From Hormiphora californensis (taxonomy: Eukaryota > Animalia > Ctenophora), in contig WFME01000038.1 of the NCBI GenBank assembly GCA_020137815.1, forward strand, positions 1 to 8,328: DNA of 8,328 nucleotides, given 5' to 3'. The notes below the pieces were generated by a model that was not told where the DNA came from, did no database searches, and saw nothing but the letters and a program-made list of their open reading frames with translations. A program made the translations under genes and the position numbers. Positions 1 to 7,621 of this stretch are shown one piece after another (position 1 is the stretch's first letter; each line of letters begins with the position of its first letter).

Positions 1-146
1 AAAAGAAAAAGGGGGAGGGGAGGGGGGGGAGGAGAGAGAAAAGGGAGAGAGAAAAAAAATCTAAAAAAAAATGTATACCATTAAAAGTGTGCACTGGTAA
101 TGGAGAGGGGGAAGAGGGGGAGGGGGAGAAAGGGGAGAAGAGAAAA
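1..146 (+). repeat. Purine-rich low-complexity tract, probably a (GA)n microsatellite
   Basis: Almost only G/A runs in 1-59 and ~100-146. Confidence 0.7.
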
Positions 147-350
147 GTGATTTTTGTTTGCAGAGTTGCTGCAGTGGGGGACTTACCATGGCCAGATGGC
201 CTTTAAAAAAAGAACCCAAATTTACCGGTATACGAATTACCCGAATGGCCCGCCCTAACCATTTGAAATTTGAGAAAAACAACCCAAAAATGGAGATTCC
301 CTTTTTAAAAGCCCTTTATTTGTAAAGTTATGCAGGTGGCGAAAAAATAA

Positions 351-373
351 GGGGGGGGGGGGGGGGGGGGGGG
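351..373 (+). repeat. G23 homopolymer
   Basis: Directly visible; the length is unreliable in this noisy region. Confidence 0.8.
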
Positions 374-1326
374 TCACCTCCATACAATAGGACCCCTGGC
401 CCAAATGAAAATTTTGGCAAGGTGAAAAAAAAACCCACCCCTTGTTTTTGAAAGTTGAGGCCCTCGAGTTGGCGTCAACTTCTCTATCGTTACCAACCCC
501 AAATTTTGACCCGCCCCTTTTTTTCCAGAAAATCCTCGACCCTTTTTACACAAGAACGGGTCAGCAAATTTTTGACAGAACTGAGGGAATATTCTATCGT
601 CGGACCCCTAAAAGCCCCCAAAATTCTGACAAATAAACGTAATAATTAATAAAGGAAACCCAATTCCGGGCCCAATTGGGACCCCCACCCAACCACCAGT
701 ATTGGGCCCTTGGTGGAAAGCCCCCCCCCTGCAAAAATAAGTACCCCAGTAGGGGGGGGTTGTAAATTTTAAACTTAGCTTTTTCATAGATACAGAAAAG
801 GTGTTTTTACGAGGAAAATCTTGATATTTATTCAGGGGCCGTTTACGCACTGGTTTTGTGAGTTTCAATTGAAGGGCCCAGGCCCCGCCCGAATCAAGAA
901 ATACTGGTCCCTGGGCTAAAACCCAGCCCCGGACCTAAAAAACGAGTTCGATTGGTTTGGGTTTGTTACTTGTCGGTGGGTTTCATAAACGTCTATATTT
1001 TATTTCGCAAATTTAACGTTGATCAGATTCTAATATGGCTTCATAGTTCATAGCTTTAAAAACTTCTTTGAGTGACCATCATTGATCTTGTGATGGGCGA
1101 GCGGCTACTATTTTTAATAAAAAACTCGCCTGTGACCTGTTCCGTGCGAGGGTTTGAACAAAACATATTTTCACCGTGGCCACTGGGCCCAAAAAAACTA
1201 AATGAGGTGTCATGTAGATGATTTATATAATGGTTACCCAAGTCAACTGTTACAGTGCGTGGCTCAAATCATGCAAATGATTTATATAAGTCAACTCACT
1301 CTCCGGTTAAAAAAGGGCAATTTTTT

Positions 1327-2845
1327 CCCTGTGCGGCAAAAAAAAAGGCCCCCCTAACCACCATAGTTGCCCATGTGGTGGAGGCTGAACTTGGCCCCGG
1401 GTTTCTCACTAGTTTTCTTTATCCGACAGAAAAACAGAGCTCTAGCTCAAAATTCATTTTCTGAAAGGAATGAACTTCTCCGTTTCCTTTGATAGAGACC
1501 CCCTCATCATTAAAAAATTTTTTTGCCCCCTTTGGAAAGATTTATCTTGTTTTGGACCAATTTTGGGATAATTTTTACCAGGAGAGAAACAGTGGAGGGT
1601 TTCGAGTTCCTGACAGTGAAGGGGGACGTGGTGAAAAAAGGGTTGGGTGCTGTTAAAAATGTCTCCCAAAAAGGTTTTTGCCCCAAAATAAATTTTAAAA
1701 TCCCCCAAAATGCCCCAAGTACTTTTTGATGCTGATTTATTGGGTCATGCACCAGTTTTGTCAAATTCTCAACGGCCCTGTACGAGATCATTTTATCAAA
1801 GGGGGGGCCATTTGGTACTAATCGCTATCTCACTTACACTAGCCAAGGATCTGGGTATTAAATCTTCAAAAGTCACAAAACTTTCCCCAAAGTTTCTGAA
1901 TGATTTTTCACCCCAGATGTCGCCCGTAATCGCTCTCCCGGGGTGGGGGATGGTGTGTCGGTGTCTTCAGATTTCTGTTTGGGGAAACGGGGGGCCTGTA
2001 GCAGATTCCCCTTCGGGCGTCCGGATGTTGTTTTTGGAGTGGCCCTCTCGGGAAACTGTCCGAGGATTTTTCTGCAGGACTTTTTGGATGGGGGGGGGGG
2101 CCCCAAAAACTTGATAAAGAACTCCTGTTCGATGGGGGGGTTGAGGGGTTGGTTTCCTTTTGGGGGCCCGATGAAGGTTCCTCGTTCGGGTTTTTTTAAA
2201 ATGCATTGCAAGTAACGATTGGGAATGATTTTGATGAACTTTTGAAATTTAAATCCCCCAAACCCTTGGCAGTTTTAATGTGAGTTAGGCTGATTAGGGA
2301 CACAAGATGGCCCCTCCTTGTAAAATCTGGGCCACCCCCCGCTTGAGAACTTTACAAAAAATTTGGTGACATAACCCCAATAAATCACATCACAAAGTAA
2401 ATTTGAAAAGCATTGGGGAAAGGGGATATTCAAGGGATATGAGACCCAATAACCCGTTAGGAGACATGTTAACGGGGGGGGGGGGGCCCCCAAAAACCCA
2501 CTTTTCACCACTTACCCCTGGATCACATGTAAGGAGTGACGGTGGGAAAAAAAACCCTCCATGTTCCCCCCTGGAAATCAGATTATGCTCAAATTGGCCC
2601 CTATTACAAAGATAATCTTTTTACCCAAGACGGGCAAAAATTCGGAATGATGGGGGGGGGTTCTTTATCAAAGGGAAAAACGGAAAAAGGGTTCATTCCT
2701 TTCCCTGAAATAAATTTTTGAGCTAGGGGCTCTGTTTTTTTCTTTTCAGGATCAAGTAAAACATAGGGGGAAAAACCCTGCCTTTTTACAGCTCTCCCAC
2801 ATCGAATTTGGGTGGTTGGGGGGGCCTTTTTTTTGCCGCACACGG
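1327..2845. mobile_element. Foldback element 'A' with ~580-650 bp inverted arms (~1327-1907 and ~2198-2845), possibly a Tc1/mariner-type non-autonomous element
   Basis: Colinear inverted anchors: TGTGCGGCAAAAAAAA at 1330 vs ...TTTTGCCGCACA ending at 2842; GAAAGGAATGAAC 1463-1475 vs 2691-2703; TGATTTATTGGG 1733-1744 vs 2376-2387. The right end reads TA|CCGTGTGCGGC on the - strand, with TA at 2846-2847; the left flank is TT in noisy sequence. Confidence 0.75.
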
Positions 2846-3345
2846 TATGAATGATTAGAAGCTGACAAATAAGCTGTTATAGAGCGTGGATCGTGTCGGC
2901 CCCGCCAGACAGCTATTCAAAGGGTTGCCCACTAAATATTCATAGTTCCCCTTGACAAGAGATCCTTGACAAGAGCGTTGAATAGTTAGGTAACCTTTTC
3001 ATATCAATCCCAAGTTAATGTTAAGCAGCTCACACATATTCTCGAGGCCATTTTAAAATCCGACGCAATAAAATGATCTGTCCCTATAACAATGCTAGGG
3101 TCGTGGTTCAAACTTTCCCAGAATCTTAGTGCCTGGCTAGACTGTGTTTCGGGCGGGAGGGTTAGAACATAACAAGAATATTATACAGCCCGTGAATTGG
3201 GAAAGATATAAATACGATATATATTACTTGCCTGTTGAGGTAGGTGTTGTTGTGATGAAATGTCCATGTGTATAACAGAACGTCAAACAATCAATCAACA
3301 ACAAGATATAAAGCACTACCCGACGGCGCCTCAGTACCCTTCCAC

Positions 3346-3512
3346 CCAACCTTTCCTCTCTCTCTCTCACCCTTCCCAAGCTTCCCTCTCTCTCTCACCC
3401 TTCCCAAGCTTCCCTCTCTATCACCCTTCCCAAGCTTTCCTCTCTCTCTCTCTATCTCTCTCTCTCTCTCTCTCTCTCCCTCTCCTATCTTCCAAGCTTT
3501 CCTCTCTCTCTC
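3346..3512 (+). repeat. Compound (CT)n microsatellite/minisatellite with unit (CT)n-CACCCTTCCCAAGCTT
   Basis: Three copies of CACCCTTCCCAAGCTT plus degenerate ones, separated by CT runs. Confidence 0.9.
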
Positions 3513-3889
3513 ATGACTCTCTTTTGTATCTTCTTTCTAGTCTCGGTTGACTCAATTCCTCTCCCTTTTATAAACAAGTTCTGTGTTCCAGTCTCTCTCT
3601 CACTTTCCCCATTAGTAATTCCAATTCCATCATGGGTTTCTAATTGTCCGCCCTCTCTTCTGCATCTATATTCCGCCCTCTCTTCCTGTCTATATTCCAT
3701 TCATTCTCTAAATCTATCAATTTGTATCGGTCGCAAAACTTAATTTATCGTTAATTAAACGTCATCTCTAAATAACAACTAACAAGCTACGTACGCCCTA
3801 AAAGCATGAGGCACAGAAAGAATAAAGTGGTTTTAATAACCAGATGAATTTAGGCGTTTTCAAACCTACGACGCATCGAGTTTGTTGGT

Positions 3890-3909
3890 GGGGGGGGGGG
3901 GGGGGGGGG
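3890..3909 (+). repeat. G20 homopolymer (G-quadruplex-capable)
   Basis: Directly visible, in otherwise clean sequence. Confidence 0.9.
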
Positions 3910-4263
3910 AGAGACCACAGGAATGTAGTTTATGTGACGGTTAACTTTTGTGCCGGGGTGTATTACTGAATTATGCAATTAAACAGCGGGGGCCCACTAC
4001 CGCAGAGAATTGTGAGCCCCCCATATACAGTGATGTAATGCTAACAGAAATATAATATAAAACGCTAAATGTTAGGTGATGGCGAGTCTAACTCTCACAG
4101 CCGGCCCCGCAGTAGTAGTGTTTATTACAGAAAGAGTCACCGACACGTTAGCAGAGGGTTCTCGTAATATGTCTGGATTACATACTTAAACTGAACCGGT
4201 GCCGGAAGACTGTATTGCAATGGTTAAGAGCCTCTCTAGAAGAGACAAAATCTCGTATGAGGC

Positions 4264-4389
4264 TACTATAGGTTGGTAACGAAGTTACCCCTCCCTTGCC
4301 GGCGCGCGAAGCGCGCCAAACGAAGGCCGCGAAGCGGCCTGAGTCAGGCTAAACAGAGTGTGAGGTGTCTTGGATACCAATACTATAGG
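4264..4389. other. 108-bp hairpin-dense module (4273-4380) between 9-bp direct repeats TACTATAGG
   Basis: Direct repeats at 4264-4272 and 4381-4389; inverted ends TTGGTA/TACCAA; perfect stems with GAA loops at 4275-4289, 4301-4317 and 4324-4340. Confidence 0.8.
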
Positions 4390-4400
4390 AGGCTCCTATA

Positions 4401-4876
4401 GAGGCTACAACAAAACTAAGAGCTTGAGCCCCGTACCATTGTTGCCATGGCGACGAAAGGGGGTCTACAGGATAATGAGGTGATGATAATCACCGCGGTG
4501 CTCAAGCTCCTCAAAGTTTTTAAAACTTTCCCATGGCCGTTATGTTGCACAATAGTATTGTTATGGCTTCGGTTAGAGATCCTGTCATTGGTTAAAACGG
4601 GGTCATGTGACATTACATGTGATTCATTTTGCCCAATAGAACCACTCTATTTTATATTCCCCAGGGACTTCATCATGTCATTTTAGGGACACTACAGCCT
4701 ACTCCACCACCCCGTGTGCAAAGATCAGGCCAAAATTTGGCTAAAAAGGCAACTAATTGATATCAACTAATTGGTATCAAAGCAAAAACCACTTTACGCG
4801 ACTAATTTTGATATACTGAATAACGTGAGCAACTTTTTGTGGTGGGAAAAGTGCCTTAATTGGGCATAATTGGGTC
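4401..4876 (+). repeat. Left arm (476 bp) of element B
   Basis: Base-by-base reverse-complement match to 5528-6003; extends imperfectly for ~10 bp inward. Confidence 0.97.
4441..4454. promoter_or_regulatory. RFX X-box-like motif in the left arm of B (mirror copy at 5950-5963)
   Basis: GTTGCCATGGCGAC read on the - strand, and GTCGCCATGGTAAC on the + strand, both fit GTNRCC-N0-3-RGYAAC. Confidence 0.5.
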
Positions 4877-5313
4877 AGATTGGCCAATTTAAAGGGATAT
4901 TGACGTTTTTAAAACAATTGCTTTTATTTTATTCTTTACCCTTTCAAGGTGGCAAATATATATATTTCTTACTTCAAATGTTTTACACATCAATTATACA
5001 TGTCATAGGGTATAATAATGGTGACAATAATTAGTGGCTAAGAGTGAAAAATTATTGATTTGTTTATTTTGTCGATTTTTTCTATTTTAACCTATCCTGC
5101 GATAGATTAAATATCATACATAACATGATGATAATATGAGTGATTCTCAAAACTCATTAAGAAGGGTGAAACATTACACCCCCATATCTACTCACTGAAG
5201 GGGGAGGTGCTGAGAGCTGTTGTGACAAAGAGACAGTGAGTTTATTACCTTCAATGAACACATTCATCTTTTTGTTTATGATGAAAATTGAAAACGTCTT
5301 TAATTGCTCAGAC

Positions 5314-5610
5314 AGTAGGGGCAGTGCTCTCTAATGACTAGCGTTTCCAGGACAAAAATTATAATTTCGGTCAATTTGACCCAGTTATGCCCAATTTGTT
5401 ATTTGGGCACTTTTTCGACCTCTGAGAGCTTATAAAACTTACTCATGCGATTAAGCGCATCCAAATTAGTGGGGTAAGAGCCCTAACATAGCTTTTACGG
5501 GAAAACAATTGTAACTCTGGTCAATTAGACCCAATTATGCCCAATTAAGGCACTTTTCCCACCACAAAAAGTTGCTCACGTTATTCAGTATATCAAAATT
5601 AGTCGCTTAA
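5314..5610 (+). repeat. Degenerate ~150-bp tandem duplication spanning the inner edge of the right arm of B
   Basis: GGTCAATTTGACCCAGTTATGCCCAATT at 5369 vs GGTCAATTAGACCCAATTATGCCCAATT at 5519; AGTAGGGG at 5314 vs AGTGGGG at 5468. Confidence 0.7.
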
Positions 5611-6003
5611 AGTGGTTTTTGCTTTGATACCAATTAGTTGATATCAATTAGTTGCCTTTTTAGCCAAATTTTGGCCTGATCTTTGCACACGGGGTGGTGG
5701 AGTAGGCTGTAGTGTCCCTAAAATGACATGATGAAGTCCCTGGGGAATATAAAATAGAGTGGTTCTATTGGGCAAAATGAATCACATGTAATGTCACATG
5801 ACCCCGTTTTAACCAATGACAGGATCTCTAACCGAAGCCATAACAATACTATTGTGCAACATAACGGCCATGGGAAAGTTTTAAAAACTTTGAGGAGCTT
5901 GAGCACCGCGGTGATTATCATCACCTCATTATCCTGTAGACCCCCTTTCGTCGCCATGGTAACAATGGTACGGGGCTCAAGCTCTTAGTTTTGTTGTAGC
6001 CTC
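5528..6003 (-). repeat. Right arm (476 bp) of element B
   Basis: Reverse complement of 4401-4876; explains the duplicated mirror ORFs in the track. Confidence 0.97.
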
Positions 6004-6619
6004 TATAGTAGTAGACAGACTACACATTGCTCAAATTCCCATTTATTGCTCATGAAGATCACGACATCACACCCGTTTAAAAAGTGTTAAAACTTCCGCT
6101 GTAGGAATCGTTTTTAACGTAGATGATACAACTTTGTACCCGCACTATTGATACTGGTTGAGTAATCATTTGGTCATGGGAAAGAAATTTAAAACACTAC
6201 AATATTGGGCATCGGGTATGATCTTGTGCAGTTTTCTTCTCACTGAAAATACAAATGATGGCTGCAGAATCTGCTGGTGATGTTAAGATAATAAGCTGTT
6301 CATAATGACGTTTAAACATGGAACATTATCACATTTCAATACCTTAAAAGGTGTGAACTAAGCTAGATGGTGTCATTAGTCATATCCAGTGACCCCCAGA
6401 ATTCAGAAATAAAGAGTATTTGTCACTTTCGATGAGTGATGAGGTCACAACTTAAATAAGCCCTATTTCATACTAATTTGACATCCCCTTCACTGACGGA
6501 TATGGCATCATCGTGTTTCAGCGACATATGAGTCAGACCTGAGTCAGAGCTGGAGCTTGTCAGCGCTGGATCGGATTTGTTGGGATCGCACTTGATCAAA
6601 TCAAGAAAAGTCTTGAAAA

Positions 6620-6840
6620 TGTTACCGCCGGCGCGGCTCAAATAAAACGGTACGCGCTACAAATTGTAATAGTACGAAGCTGCGCGCGACCGCTTTCGAA
6701 AAAAATATATCAAAAATTTTTCCTAAAATTTTCTTTCAAGCTCAAACTTTTTCGTTTGGTTTCACCGCGCCAGCGTTTTCCGTGCCCCCTACTTTCCTAA
6801 AATAGCTTACGATCCATGAAGTGACTGTCATGTGACCACT
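6620..6840. promoter_or_regulatory. Putative CNOT4 (possibly bidirectional) promoter
   Basis: Local cluster of CpG/CGCG motifs around an A/T-tract core, E-box GTCATGTGAC at 6827-6836, and position 0.4-0.6 kb upstream of the ATG. No transcript evidence. Confidence 0.4.
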
Positions 6841-7153
6841 GTTGATTTCCAAAAATAGCAAAACAAAATAAAATTATTTGATATGTTCATATTGTGCATG
6901 TTGTACTTCAGGGCACTGCCCGGCCTCTACATTTTGTCACTGAAGAGACTGTCAGCCGTGTAGGCTATGCCATTGTACTTCCTAGTAAGAATATTCATGT
7001 TCAGACATTCAGCATTTTCTTTTTTCATATCACTGATGGTCGATTAAACATTTGGATCAATGATCAATCATTGTTTCTTGACAAGAACTAAACAGACACA
7101 GTTGCAAAGCGATCGTATGACAGAAATTATCAGTTGATATTAATTGTTAAAAC

Positions 7154-7204
7154 TCCATCCCTTTCCTTGTAGCGTTCTTCAACACACCCCCTCAAAAAAT
7201 CATC
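7154..7204 (+). other. Putative splice acceptor (AG 7171-7172) and 32-nt 5' UTR part of the ATG exon
   Basis: Pyrimidine tract tccatccctttccttgtAG lies 32 nt upstream of the ATG. Confidence 0.55.
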
Positions 7205-7258
7205 ATGGGAAAAGCCGAGGAAATAGTAAACTTTAGCGATGAAGAGGATTGTGCAGAT
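7205..7258 (+). CDS. CNOT4: CNOT4/Not4 homologue, first coding exon (MGKAEEIVNFSDEEDCAD)
   Basis: ATG at 7205 in context ATCATGG, 18 open codons, then donor GTGAGT at 7259. A phase-0 splice joins it in frame to the RING exon at 7411. A short acidic leader before the RING is typical of Not4 proteins. Confidence 0.75.
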
Positions 7259-7410
7259 GTGAGTGTTTCAAAATAAAGTGTCATGACAAACTTAGTTGTT
7301 AAAATAGTTGTTAAAATAACAATAGTTGTCACCACTTCCCTTTATCTCTTTGTCACCTTCCCTCTTTCATAGTTTCCATTTCTCTCTTTGTAACCTTCCC
7401 TTTTTCACAG
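7259..7410 (+). other. GT-AG intron, 152 bp, phase 0
   Basis: GTGAGT...ttttcacAG; removal keeps the CNOT4 frame. Confidence 0.75.
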
Positions 7411-7411
7411 T
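7336..7411 (+). repeat. 38-bp tandem duplication of the 3' splice site
   Basis: 7336-7373 and 7374-7411 match at 33 of 38 positions; both end in YAG-T. Confidence 0.9.
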
Positions 7412-7479
7412 GTCCCTTGTGCATGGAGCCCTTGGAGATTGACGATCAGCAGTTTTTCCCTTGCCCCTGTGGATACCAG
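7411..7479 (+). CDS. CNOT4: CNOT4 RING exon, N-terminal half (CPLCMEPLEIDDQQFFPCPCGYQ)
   Basis: Pyrimidine tract plus CAG acceptor ends at 7410; donor GTACGT at 7480. The translation closely matches the human CNOT4 RING as I recall it (CPLCMEPLEIDDINFFPCTCGYQ). Confidence 0.95.
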
Positions 7480-7621
7480 GTACGTATCTCTTACAGCTCT
7501 CTAAAAGTCATGAACGACATCTGATCAGGATTTTAACTCTCTAAACCTTCACTAATAAGAGTCACATCTATCTATCTTGATCTCACAAACTGGATATATA
7601 TCAACCTCTGACCTCATTCAG
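7480..7621 (+). other. GT-AG intron, 142 bp, phase 0, inside the RING domain
   Basis: GTACGT...ctcattcAG; removal gives the contiguous conserved GYQ|IC. Confidence 0.93.

Larger units (their letters stand above)
4401..6003. mobile_element. Non-autonomous long-TIR (foldback) DNA transposon 'B', Sola2/Sola3-like
   Basis: Arms 4401-4876 and 5528-6003 are reverse complements with no indels and 2 mismatches (4444/5960, 4797/5607). Termini are GAG...CTC, flanked by TATA at 4397-4400 and 6004-6007. The AT-rich 651-bp spacer has no transposase ORF. GRG/GAG ends, 4-bp TSDs and long TIRs are described for Sola2/3; the superfamily call is inference. Confidence 0.85.

Noticed and set aside
1609-2550. 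Apparent local inversion inside the arms of A (1609-1640 resembling 2517-2550 directly)
   Set aside because: That segment is partly self-complementary, and the inverted alignment resumes colinearly on both sides.
61-2843. Many K/P/G/F-rich ORFs
   Set aside because: Their composition reflects homopolymer codons (AAA, CCC, GGG, TTT) in noisy, repeat-derived sequence.
3230-3267. Minus-strand mini-exon MDISSQQHLPQQ with a GC donor
   Set aside because: Non-canonical donor, too short, and no supporting homology.
3346-3512. Regularly spaced repeats as a CRISPR-like array
   Set aside because: The spacers are CT runs rather than unique sequence; the context is eukaryotic with no cas genes.
3260-3743. 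S/L- and R/E-rich ORFs
   Set aside because: Translations of CT/GA microsatellite.
3978-4126. Possible small MITE (TAAACA..GCGGGGGCC / GGCCCCGC..TGTTTA)
   Set aside because: The inverted match is short and gapped, with no clear TSD.
4273-4380. tRNA, SINE or intrinsic terminator reading of the hairpin module
   Set aside because: No cloverleaf, no A/B boxes, and no U-tract after the stems.
4416-5988. Mirror ORF pairs (4447..4686 with 5718..5957; 4416..4613 with 5791..5988) as duplicated genes
   Set aside because: They follow automatically from the inverted arms, are short, and show no recognisable domain.
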